From NCBI GenBank assembly GCA_049999805.1, contig JBNGIO010006380.1:490735-554734 (forward strand): 64,000 bases of DNA, given 5' to 3'. This DNA is from Folioceros fuciformis (taxonomy: Eukaryota). Numbering within the stretch: the stretch's first letter is position 1; every line of letters starts with the position of its first letter. The position numbers and the translations under genes were made by a program. Positions 49,114 to 59,879 of this stretch are shown piece after piece. Under the pieces are notes generated by a model. The model saw only the letters and a program-made list of their open reading frames with translations. It was not told where the DNA came from and did not search any database.

Positions 49114-50316
49114 GGCAGCGGAGGATCACCAACGACCTCCAGTCCCAAACCACAGCTGCACCACATCCCACCACCACGATTCGATGAGCCCTGCAGATAG
49201 CAGCAGAAGCATGACAGCGCCCTGGAGATGAAGCAGGCAGAAGGAGATCGAAGAGACTTGCCTTTGAGTTGCGTGAGCTGGGCACTACTGTAAGCATGTG
49301 CTGCTGCTGCTGCTGCAGCAAGCCGAACAAGTGGTGGGAGCTAAGCAGGACATCCGAGGCCCGATTGATGACGGATGCTAAGATGGGAAGCAGCAAGCAG
49401 GACACCTGTGCACCTAAAACCAGCGGAATCGCAAACCTAACACCCCCTGTAACTGCTGCTACGCGCTAACCTTCCGCGGTTGCTGTATCAGCTGACGGAT
49501 TCCACCACCTGGACTAGGATTCACCGCCGGCCCTTACTCCTGACTGCAAGGTTGGAACCTGTGGTGTTGCTGGCTGATCCGACGGCCTTGTAAGTAGACA
49601 GACAGACAGACACAAACACAAGCACAACCGACCCATTAAACCTCTCTTCTGGACTGTGCTGCATTTCCGCACTCTCCTGCTGCCTTTGTATGTACATAAG
49701 CGCAGCAGAGCGAGCAGACCTTGTGCGTGCGTGCTGGTGTGCGTATCTGCCACACGCACATGCGTCATGCGTGTGTGTTCTGTGGGAAGGGAGCACATCA
49801 AAATATGTACAGCCTGCATGCACCGTTGTCTACATGCTTCTTGGCTTCCCAATATAAAGGGCAGGGCTGGGTGCGGTGATGCAGCTTGAAGGTTGCTTTG
49901 GGTAACTCCCAACTGAGGTTGTGCTGCGTAAAGAGGGGCATTGCATCTCAGATGTGGAGGTAAACCCTACAGGACCCGGGAGCGCGCACGGGAGAGACGC
50001 TGGGCTGGGCTGGGTTGGAGCGGAATTTGAATCTTGGGAGTGGGAGAGAGCTGTGGCGGATTCATCTAGGTCGCAAGAAAGGAGAATGGGTTATTGGTGA
50101 GGAGGAGTGGAGAGCAGGACTTTGTGATTGAACAGCCGCCAAGCCACTTGGTCACCAGCCCTTTGCGGGTGGAACATGGAATTGGTGGTTGCATCTACGA
50201 TGATTTGGAGGGCGGAATGTGCTTGGCCTTGTTTTGGTGACATGGTTATGTGATTTCGGAGTGGAGGAATTGGGCAGGGCAAGCCAGAGCAGAACAGAGC
50301 AGAGCCAGCTTCAGGG

Positions 50317-52266
50317 ATGTGGCATGAGGCTCGCAGGTCGGAGAAGCGGGTCCATGAGCTCATGGATGCTGCCAAGAGGCGGGCAGAGAGGCGAGCCGTC
50401 TTTCTGTCCAGACGGCGGGGGGACCCGCAGCAGTCGCTGCGGATTGTGGGGACCAGATGCAGGTTGCACCACGACTCCGCCTTCTACCACTCCACGCAAG
50501 ACGAGCACGGGCTCATTCCCTGGAATGGGAAGGAGGATAACCTGATCGACAGGTTCGATGGGCGGGCGCTGCTGGATTTCATCTCGGAGTACAATTCACA
50601 CCACGCGCAGCGGGAGAAGACGGAAGAGGAGGAGGAGCTGGAAGAGCTGGTGAATTTCGAGAGGTACAGGGATCTCATCAAGCAAAGGAGGCAGGGGCTG
50701 ACGGACGAGGAGGGCCTGGAGGAGGTGGACACGGAGTTGGAGTCTAAGTCCAGGGCTGTGCTCACCGACAAGCATGGGTCCGCTCCCGGGAAGGGGGCTG
50801 CCCACAACACTGCGCAGTTCAGCTATGCCTACGACAACGAGCCTGCCGACGACCCGGACCTGCTGATGGACAGCGGGGATGAGGACGAGGAGGATGGGGA
50901 GGAGATCACCAGCAGCGAAGACAGCGAGGATGAGGAGATGGAGAACATCGCCAAGGTGTACGGGGTGGACAGCTTCGCCAGGCTGGTGCATCTGGAGAGG
51001 AAGACCAAGGAGGAGGAGAGGAAGCAGAAGGAGGCTGCCAAATGTGATCTGAGCATGAAGAAATTGAGCAGGAAGGAGAGGAGAAAGTTTGCCCAGCAGG
51101 AGAGGGAGAAGGAGAAGGAGGCTGCCAGGCTCAAGAGCACAGGCACGGCCTTCGATCCGTACAGGGAGCAGAGGGGGAGTCCGACCTACGAGAGCTACCA
51201 TCGCTCTAGGAGGGAGAGGAGGAGAGGGGTGGTGGGTGTGGCCATGGGAGGAGGAGGNNNNNNNNNNNNNNNNNNNNNNNNNNNNNNNNNNNNNNNNNNN
51301 NNNNNNNNNNNNNNNNNNNNNNNNNNNNNNNNNNNNNNNNNNNNNNNNNNNNNNNNNNNNNNNNNNNNNNNNNNNNNNNNNNNNNNNNNNNNNNNNNNNN
51401 NNNNNNNNNNNNNNNNNNNNNNNNNNNNNNNNNNNNNNNNNNNNNNNNNNNNNNNNNNNNNNNNNNNNNNNNNNNNNNNNNNNNNNNNNNNNNNNNNNNN
51501 NNNNNNNNNNNNNNNNNNNNNNNNNNNNNNNNNNNNNNNNNNNNNNNNNNNNNNNNNNNNNNNNNNNNNNNNNNNNNNNNNNNNNNNNNNNNNNNNNNNN
51601 NNNNNNNNNNNNNNNNNNNNNNNNNNNNNNNNNNNNNNNNNNNNNNNNNNNNNNNNNGAAGGGGGGGGAGCCTCGTCTGCAGGACCACCCCAAATAGAGT
51701 ACATCACGGAGTTCGAAATTGCAGATGCAGATGCTGGGGGCTCTGGGGGAGGGCCGCCCCCGCCTGTGTATTCCCCGTATCGGGAGCCTCTGAATCGCCA
51801 CCAAGGGAACCAGATCCTGGAAGCTGTGCGGAGTGATCCTGCTGCTGTGCTCGACAACAACAACGTCATCTTGCCTGCCGCGCTGTATGCAGCCTGGGAT
51901 GATAAGGCTGTGGGTGCCAATGCGTCTGCGCTTGCCAAGCTGCAGAAAACCCCTGCAGCTGTGCGGGCACCTGTCAGGAAGCCCGAGGCGGAGAAGAAGG
52001 AAACTCCGCAGGAACGGCTCAAGAGAATCATGTCCAAGCAGCTGAACAAGCAGATAAAGAAGGACACTATCACGGGGATGGCCAAGCGGCGGGAACAGGA
52101 GAAGCAGAGGCAGGAGAAGCTTGCAGAAACTAGGAGTCTGGCAAGGCGTTGGAGCAGGAGTAGGAGCCGAAGCCGGAGCCTCTCTCCATCCTGGTCTTCC
52201 AGGCGGGAAGCTCACACTTACAGACGGGTTTCCAGATCACCGCCGCCTCATAGACACCATAGATAG
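50317..52266 (+). CDS. CLASRP: CLK4-associating SR-rich protein (CLASRP/SFRS16, SWAP/DRY-EERY family); apparently intronless; spans an assembly gap
   Basis: MWHEARRSEKRVHELMDAAKRRAERR, LIPWNGKEDNLIDRFDGRALLD, VNFERYRDL, IEYITEF, KKETPQERLKRIM, C-terminal RS repeats. Confidence 0.92.
   Translation: MWHEARRSEKRVHELMDAAKRRAERRAVFLSRRRGDPQQSLRIVGTRCRLHHDSAFYHSTQDEHGLIPWNGKEDNLIDRFDGRALLDFISEYNSHHAQREKTEEEEELEELVNFERYRDLIKQRRQGLTDEEGLEEVDTELESKSRAVLTDKHGSAPGKGAAHNTAQFSYAYDNEPADDPDLLMDSGDEDEEDGEEITSSEDSEDEEMENIAKVYGVDSFARLVHLERKTKEEERKQKEAAKCDLSMKKLSRKERRKFAQQEREKEKEAARLKSTGTAFDPYREQRGSPTYESYHRSRRERRRGVVGVAMGGGXXXXXXXXXXXXXXXXXXXXXXXXXXXXXXXXXXXXXXXXXXXXXXXXXXXXXXXXXXXXXXXXXXXXXXXXXXXXXXXXXXXXXXXXXXXXXXXXXXXXXXXXXXXXXXXXXXXXXXXXXXXXXXXXXXXXXXEGGGASSAGPPQIEYITEFEIADADAGGSGGGPPPPVYSPYREPLNRHQGNQILEAVRSDPAAVLDNNNVILPAALYAAWDDKAVGANASALAKLQKTPAAVRAPVRKPEAEKKETPQERLKRIMSKQLNKQIKKDTITGMAKRREQEKQRQEKLAETRSLARRWSRSRSRSRSLSPSWSSRREAHTYRRVSRSPPPHRHHR
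51258..51657. other. Assembly gap (400 N)
   Basis: Run of N inside the low-complexity region of CLASRP. Confidence 1.
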
Positions 52267-52869
52267 CAGAGTGCAGCCGGCGGATGACATGCTTTTGTAC
52301 TTGCGGAGGTCGATGGGTGGTTCCCGCATGCTTTCAGGTGCGCTGGGTATTCTGGCTGGCCTGGCCTGCCTGGGGACGTGACATATTTGCTCTCTTGTAG
52401 TTATGTCATAGCCGGAACGTGGACCTCACTCGAGCACTCAGATGATGAAGGGGAAGCATGTCATTGCTTGAACCCGGAGCAGGAATTTCGTTTTTAGATC
52501 AGTGAGGGGTCTGGTCATCTCGAGAGCCTGGTCTGTACAAGTCTTGCCGACCTTTCAAAGGCACGCATAGACTCAGCGATGGGGGGCAATCTGGATGTGT
52601 GACAAGATCCACCGTTCTCCTGGGACCCTGTGACTTTAGCAAAATCAGGCGGTAGCGGTGGACGTGCTTTCCACTGCGGGAATTCATTCATGTAAATGTG
52701 TGCAATGCGCCATCTGCAATCGTCACCTGCCCAGTTCTAGAGAGGTGGATGTTCGACTTAACGATGGTCCTACGAGGTCCTGCAGAGCATCGCCACCGAG
52801 CTCTGGCAGTTCTGTACATCCGCTATGTTGCTGCGTACACTGACTGGCTCCTGTGACCTGTACAAGCAC

Positions 52870-53644
52870 CTACTTTGTTGAAACAAACTGATGCTGAAAG
52901 TTGTAAATGCCCACGGATGTAGCAGCTTTCTCGTCATACTCCACAAAATCCCCTTCTGACAGATCGATATCCGCAAACTTGGTTCCTGTCAACTGCCAGG
53001 GAGGGACAACAATCATCAGCACACAGAAATTCCGACAGGGCACCCTTCCCGACAACACTCACCCCGTCCGCAGCCCAACCATCCTTAGGGTAAAACTCCA
53101 CAGTCTCGATGCCTCTACAATCGAAGCAGGCAATAGGCACGAAGCGGCCCGTCTCACTGTCCTCCGCCGTGTAAGCCTTCCCCCGTCCTTCCACCAGAGA
53201 AATGGTGCCCGCTCTGTCACAGACCTTGCACTGCCAGCCACACCAGCACACAAACAGCGTCAGCCTGCGTCAACGTGAGACACACACCTGCACACACCCC
53301 TGCCGCCTCCGCACCTTCTGGACAAGATGGGCTGTCCCACGGCTCTTGGGAATGTCATACTGCTCAGAGGCCGTAACACTGGACTCCTTGTCGCTCTCGC
53401 TCCCACAATTTCCACATTTCACCTGCACCGCCTCTGCGCGCAACCGTGAGCCACCGGAACGGCAGATGCAGAAATCTCACAATCTGGAAGGAGCACACAG
53501 CACACGGCACACGTGTGTGCGTGCACCATCTCATAACCAAACCTTGACGTAGAAGGTGAATTCCGAACCATCAGAACCTCCCTGAGCACTCAGGTTGGTG
53601 AGATTCTCCAGATCCGCCTTGATTTGAAGCAGCAGGAGCACCAT
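52870..53644 (-). CDS. CZIB: CXXC motif zinc-binding protein (UPF0587/C1orf123); 4 exons
   Basis: Spliced: MVLLLLQIKADLENLTNL...FYVK|VKCGNCG...SRGTAHLVQK|CKVCDRAG...FDCRGIE...|LTGTKFADIDLSEGDFVEYDEK...*. Confidence 0.93.
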
Positions 53645-54798
53645 CTCCGGTTGCAAAAGCCTAAAGTCAATGCCGAACCTGACTTCCTGCTGACATAGTT
53701 GTCAAAGGCTGTGTCATTCCGCAGCAAGATTTCCAACTTCCATGACTTTGTAGTGCCATGCACTGAGATGCAGGAACCGTTGTTTTTTGTCGTCTCAGGC
53801 ACACAGAATGCTGCTTATTCTCATCCCATCCCTAGCCTAGCCGGCAAATGCATCTGAAGACAAGAGACACATGTTGGGTTTCGTTACCTCGACTCCTAGA
53901 AGGAAGAGCTAAATAGAGGAGAGCAGACAGGAAAATTCGAAATCTTCAGCCCAGCTCCCACAACACTGGATCCTTGGACTGAGCTCATGTAGCTATAGCC
54001 CAGATCACGCCAATTCGAGCCGAGGTGCTGCGTCCTGACACACAGGATCGTGAATTACGAGACTTCCGAGTTTTCAACTTCCTTGTTAAGTGAAGTACTA
54101 ATTGGAAGTAGTAATGAGCATTTATCCATAAGAGATATAAGAAAATTATTTTGGTATTTAATATTATTATATTTATAATTAGGTTGTATACAAAATACCG
54201 ATATAGGCAAGCGTTTTTTTTACAGGAATATACTCAAGAATCTCCCACATATACGTATACTATACATGGTCATGTCAATGGGCCACCAGCTTCAGCACAA
54301 AGAGAACATCCATTCTACCTACAAAGTCTTCAACCTCTTGTAAGCAAAGTGATAAGCTAAGAAGGCCAAATGAAGATCGTTGGAGGATGAGGTGCAAGAG
54401 TGGAGGACTTGGCTAATGTAGGCTTCTTTGTGCAAGTAATGCAGCTCAATAAATGGAATGTGCACAAGTGTGGCAGCATAGTGTAATCCTAGGTGTAGTT
54501 GTTACATGTACTTGTTGATTATGGTTGCAACATGCAATTCCAAACTGTAGTTGAGAAACGTGGTTGCAACTTGCATTTCGTAATGGCTGTTGCAAATTGT
54601 AGGCACTGATTGCAAACACACCTTTCAATTGCAGTTTGGCTTTGGATATGGCTGAGCAAAGTGTAGTTGGAGATTGTGCTTGGTTAATATAGTTGCAGTT
54701 TTAATTTGTGGTGGATCCAGTTTGAGGGTGGTGATTATAGCTACAGACTTATAGTGCAATTTGTAGTTGCACACTATGGGTACAATTTGTGCTTGCAC

Positions 54799-54994
54799 TT
54801 TGTACATGCGTTGTGTGTTGTAGGTTGTTGGTGCACATGGCGCAGGCCATGCACCAAATTGTGGTTGTGTTGGGCATGCAACTTGCAATTGCCTTTTTGT
54901 ACGTGCATTGTATGTTGTAGGTTGTTGGTGCACATGGCGCAGGCCATGCACCAAATTGTGGTTGTGTTGGGCATGCAACTTGCAGTTGCCTTTT
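54799..54994. repeat. 97-bp near-perfect tandem duplication inside a TG-rich, TE-like region
   Basis: TGTAC...TGTTGTAGGTTGTTGGTGCACATGGCGCAGGCCATGCACCAAATTGTGG... at 54801 and 54898. Confidence 0.92.
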
Positions 54995-55616
54995 GGCATT
55001 GCAGCTTGCAGGCAACCCTTCCCTGCACATTGTAGTACCTGTTTTGCATTGTGGTGATTGTAGGTGGTGATAATGATTACCTAGATCCCTTGTGTGCTAT
55101 GTGTAGGCATTGAAGGTTGCCTGTGACAATGCTTATGTGAAAGGCCTAGAGGGTATGGACTACTTGCTTGCTATGTACGCTTACACTTGGCCTTGACAAC
55201 ATTGTGTAGGAGAAGAATGGAGCCCTTAGATGCCTACCTATAAACTTGGATGGAGCACGAGGCCACTCCATGGGCGTGGACAAGCATTTGCTTCCTTCGC
55301 TCTCTACAATAATGGGGTCTCCCTAGTGACTTAGAGCATGTGTGGTTTAGGGTCGAACCCTTGTAGCTTTGGCTTGCCCTCATGGGCTGTGAAATAAAGA
55401 TGAGAATTTTATTCTCCCCAAGTTAGTGACATACTTTTCAGGTGTGAATGCCAATACTTGTATGGAGCGAACCCTTAGGTGTGGAGAAAAGAGAAGAATG
55501 AGCGGATGGGATGTGCCCTTCAACTCTTCATCTTGTATCCTTCAACTCTTCACCTTGTACAGAATGCAAGCAAAGGTGTGACAGGAATGCGCGGAAGGGA
55601 TGTCCCCGTGAATGGC

Positions 55617-55810
55617 AAATGAATTGAATTGAAATAGCATCAAGGGACGGTCGAGGTGTGCATGTAGGCGAGAGAGAGCGAGTGACAAATAAATGAAAAA
55701 GCACCCAAGGGACGGTCGGGGTGTGCATATGGGCAAGAGAATGCGTGACAAATGAATGAAATAGCACCCAAGGGACAGTCGTGGTGTGCAATTTGGCGAG
55801 AGAGAGCGCA
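55617..55810. repeat. ~64-bp imperfect tandem repeat, 3 copies
   Basis: CAAGGGAC(G/A)GTCG.GGTGTGCA at 55641, 55706 and 55769. Confidence 0.85.
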
Positions 55811-56370
55811 GGGAACATGACAACGCTAAACGCTGCGAGACCAGCATCTTGTCTTCTCCTATCTCTTCAGTAGGAGTCTGTGGGATAATTGTACGCTACT
55901 ACCACAGGGATTCAGATATCATATGCAGAAGAAACAAAAGAAACATGTAACACAAGAGAGACAGTAAGAAAGCTTCCTGTACAAAGAAACTTGCGGTTAA
56001 GACAGACAGAGATGACCGCGTCGGGACGCTCCATTGGAGGAGCCGAGCCGATGCGGCCGTCTTCGTAATGGGCCGCAAGTTCCGGCCGTATGCCACTGGA
56101 ACTTTTTCCCTCTCACCATCGTAAACGAGGAGATTGTATCCCTATGCCATAGCTACGTTCCAGTGGGGCCATGGCGATCGAAATTCATTGGTAGACCATA
56201 AATGCATACCAAGCAAGGACGCGCGACATGAGTTAGACTGCTCGCTGAACCGAGATTCCGTCGTAGACTTTCCGGTAAGCACTGTGGAAAGTAGGGAACT
56301 ACTTTAACCTCTTCCACTCGTTGTGAAGAGCAGGTTTGCTCTGCCCTGGCGGAGACAGGGAGGGGATCTG

Positions 56371-58754
56371 ATGGCTGCCATGCCACGATGCCGCCTTTGC
56401 CTTCGCCTTCGGATCGTGCTGCTGCTGGCGTTCGTGCTGCTGCTCCCCTCTGCTTACGGTTACCAGGTCTGTTTTTCTGCCCGCTTTGTCTCCGTTTCCA
56501 GCTGCAGGGTGCAGGATCCGGACTCTGGGAGCTCGGTGTGAAAGTAGGGGGGCTTGGATTGGGCTGTGTGTGTTTTTGATATTGCTTTGTGAGGACACAG
56601 GAGCATTGCAGAAGGGCAAGAGTCCGGTAATCAGCACATGGTTGTTGTGCACATCTGTCGGGATTTCCGAGGATGTCAATTTGGGTTGCCAGTGCGTTCC
56701 TAATCTGTCGAATAGGGTATGGAGTTTTACGTTGCGTGTGTTTTGGTCGTGCTTGAGTTGCACCTGACATGACACACCGTGGTGACCGGTGTGGGGTCTG
56801 GATTTCCTCTTTGCCTTGGTCGGAGGTCTTCTCGCAGCCCTGGGTTTCGTGGAAGCAGTATTCGTGGAAGCAGCTCTCACTCGGCTTTGTTTGGTAGTTA
56901 GCTTGTAGCTAAGTGATATGCTGCTTTTATCCATAGGTTTTCGCATCTTTCCTTTCCGTGAAATTCAGCAGTTTGGACTGAGACTGGTATGAATTGGTGG
57001 GGTGTCCCATGGTAAGGTGAATGACGGAGGTGCAGAGGTATCAGGAAACACATCTGCCAGCAAGTCCAGTGTTTGGCGACGCTCCAAAGTAGAGCCTCAC
57101 GTCACACGTTTGGCTCTCATTTTTTTTTCTATTTGTGTGAATTTTTCTTTGCTGTTGGCATTAGCCGAGTACGGCTCTCAACGCTGTGGTGCTATCTCGG
57201 GTGCTTCTCTCACATGGCAGGCCGAAAGAGGTGTTCATCAATATTTGCTCCTGGTGCAGTTTACTGACTGCTGGAACGTGTTTGGTTTCTCAGCAGCACA
57301 TGCCGGAGATGTTCAAGAAGGATGGAAGCATTCTTAATGGTGAAATTGGATCTGGAGGGGGCCTTTTTGATGCGTTCATAACCAGTCTTTCAATGATTCT
57401 TGTCAGTGAGGTAAAGGCTTCAATCCAAAGCAGATTCTTGCTGCAAAGCGACTCTGGTTGACCTTTTGCAGATCATTTACTGAGCTGGGTTGGAGTTGAG
57501 TTGGGAACCTATGCTTAGTAGGATGCGGAGTCAGGTTGATGTCTAATTTAGCTGGAGTACCTTATTATGTGACAGATTGGGGATGAGACTTTCATCATAG
57601 CTGCATTGATGGCCATGCGGCACCCCCGGGGAATTGTACTATCAGGAGCACTGAGTGCTCTTTTTATTATGACAGTAAGTCTTGACAGACGGTTCGGGTA
57701 CTTCTTTGTGTCGCAATGGGATGAAGCAAAGCCATGTTTTCTCTCTGAGCTTGAACTGTTTTCCCTTTTTCTTTAATCTGCTGTAACATGATGAACCGTT
57801 TCCCCTCAGATTCTTTCTACAGCACTTGGAAGGATTGTCCCTAACCTCATCTCTGCAAAGGCAACGAACCAGGCTGCCACAAGTACTACCATGGACCAGT
57901 CCTCATTCATTCTATGCTGTTGTGGTTTCCTAGCAGGCAGTTGATCCCTTGGGACTGTGTACGCAGTCTGGCTGCTGAGGTTTCAAGGCTCATTTGTCCG
58001 TTGCAGTTTTGTATACTTTCTTTGGATTGCGATTACTCTACATCGCTTGGCGGGCAGATCCAAATGACACACCTCAAAAAGAGTTGGAAGAGGTGAGACA
58101 TCGGACAAAGGAGAGAGATTGCTACTTGGTTATCTTTTGAAGTTCATGACTGATTGAGCTTCATTAGGCTTGTTTTTTTGTTTATGGTTCGTGATTTGGA
58201 GTAGGTTGAAGAGAAGCTTGAAGGGGGTACTCAGAAGAAGTCTTTGACTCGCCGTTTCTTCTCTCGGTTCTGCACTCCCATCTTTCTGGAGGTAAGCTGT
58301 TGAATCCATGAACGAGGTTTGTGGAAGGCGTTTTGTGATTTGTAATTCTGCCACGTTATGCTTTTGTTTCTCATTCGTTGTTGCCATCGAGGTGATTCCA
58401 GGCGTTCATCCTTACGTTCTTGGCGGAGTGGGGAGACAGAAGTCAGATTGCCACTATTGCGGTATCTTTGATTGTCACGTTTTTTTGCTTTGTTTGAGGA
58501 CCTGTAACATATTTTGGAAAGTGCTCCTCCTTCAGCGACATGACTGCAAGTCCGTGGAATTGCAGCTGGCTGCCCACAAGAACGCAGTTGGGGTCACAGT
58601 GGGCGCAACCCTAGGTCACACTGTGTGTACATCCCTGGCTGTTGTTGGAGGCCGGCTGGTGGCCCTTAAAATCTCTCAACGGACAGTGGCAACCATCGGA
58701 GGCCTGCTGTTCCTCATTTTTGCTATCAGCTCTTACATTTACCCTCCTGTGTAA
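56371..58754 (+). CDS. GDT1/TMEM165 (UPF0016) family Ca2+/Mn2+ transporter, secretory-pathway type; multi-exon
   Basis: Signal-peptide exon MAAMPRCRLCLRLRIVLLLAFVLLLPSAYGYQ; two family motifs SE|IGDETF and AEWGDRSQ; C-terminal GHTVCTSLAVVGG...YIYPPV*. Confidence 0.93.
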
Positions 58755-59069
58755 GCTTCTGTCTCATTTGCTCACTGTCCGATTTCACTTAATGGACTGA
58801 TGTACATTGTGGCGCGGGGACGGGCATTTGGCAGACGCTTTAGGTAGGCACCATTTAGTGAACACGAGGCATGTTAGAGACTCCGTTGGTGCAACAGTCC
58901 AGTCCATAAACATGGATTTGGTTTTTTAGAGATTTGAAGCTCGTAGCACTGGACACGCTAGTCTGTCCGGAGACGAAACCTGTCATCGTGTAGATTTACA
59001 TGGAATCCTACATGGTCCAGGCACAAATGGACGTCACAGCGCAAGGGTTTCAACTGTCAGATTGATCTC

Positions 59070-59420
59070 TTAGCAACATGATTCCTGCCATTTTAGACCT
59101 ACAAGGCCGGTTGCTTTCTTGGAACATTTTTGACTTTTTTTATTATTACTTGTGAATGATTTATCTGTGAAACAATTTATCGCAAGTGCGCGACAATAAA
59201 AGCACATGGGTACAGTGTGCACATGCGTATGCACATTTAATCCCTTGAGCCTGCTCAACTACATCGTGGCTTTCCTTTCCGACGAGCAATTCTGAGGCGA
59301 TAGCGACAATGACAGAGACATGGAAAAATGACAAGCCCAGTTTAAACAAAACAGCTCTTGGAGAGCATTCTGGCCATCATCGTGTAAGCCATAGCATTGA
59401 GAGACAAACATGAGAATGGG
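59070..59420 (-). pseudogene. Possible degenerate PLS/E-class PPR C-terminal relic
   Basis: Frameshifted pieces YGLHDDGQNALQELF, LGLSFFHVS and THVLLLS occur in the expected order of the terminal PLS motifs and the E-domain YVLLSN. Confidence 0.3.
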
Positions 59421-59879
59421 TATTAGTTCGACAGTAATGTATAAATTAGAAGTTGCGGCCACTTGCACAAAGAGGATCACCGGATCTTACTCAGTCACCA
59501 GCCCCACCAGATCTGTAGATTAACCTTCAAAGTGGTTGAAACTCCCTGTTCGGCTTCTTCAGCAGCAGAGTTCTCCAACGGTTGAATGTTTGAGAATCCG
59601 GTACATGGGACATTCCCCCTCTTCGCCCTGTATTATAAAAGCTTTAACAGGATAAGGGTGAAAATGCTCTACTCAACCAGCTTCACTCCTAGTGCAAAAA
59701 GGTGCTTGATAAGCAGGGGGAGGGGGAGACACTGGGCTTCTACTCCCTCCTGCACAGTCTGAATTATAGGCTGCTTGGCTGCGTCTGTTGTAGTTGCTTT
59801 GAGCAGCTACACTGTAGAATGAGACACCTAGCCCACCATAGGGACTTCTCCCAGAAGATCTATAATAGCTTCTCTAAGT

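Noticed and set aside
50596..52215. Long antisense ORFs over CLASRP
   Set aside because: Artefact of GC-rich codon usage plus translation through 400 N.
55617..55810. ~64-bp periodic repeat as a CRISPR-like array
   Set aside because: The sequence between the conserved cores is also homologous, so it is a degenerate tandem repeat.
58462..58565. GTATCTTT donor in the GDT1 gene as a U12-type intron
   Set aside because: Deviates from the RTATCCTT consensus and there is no convincing TCCTTRAC branch site near the acceptor.
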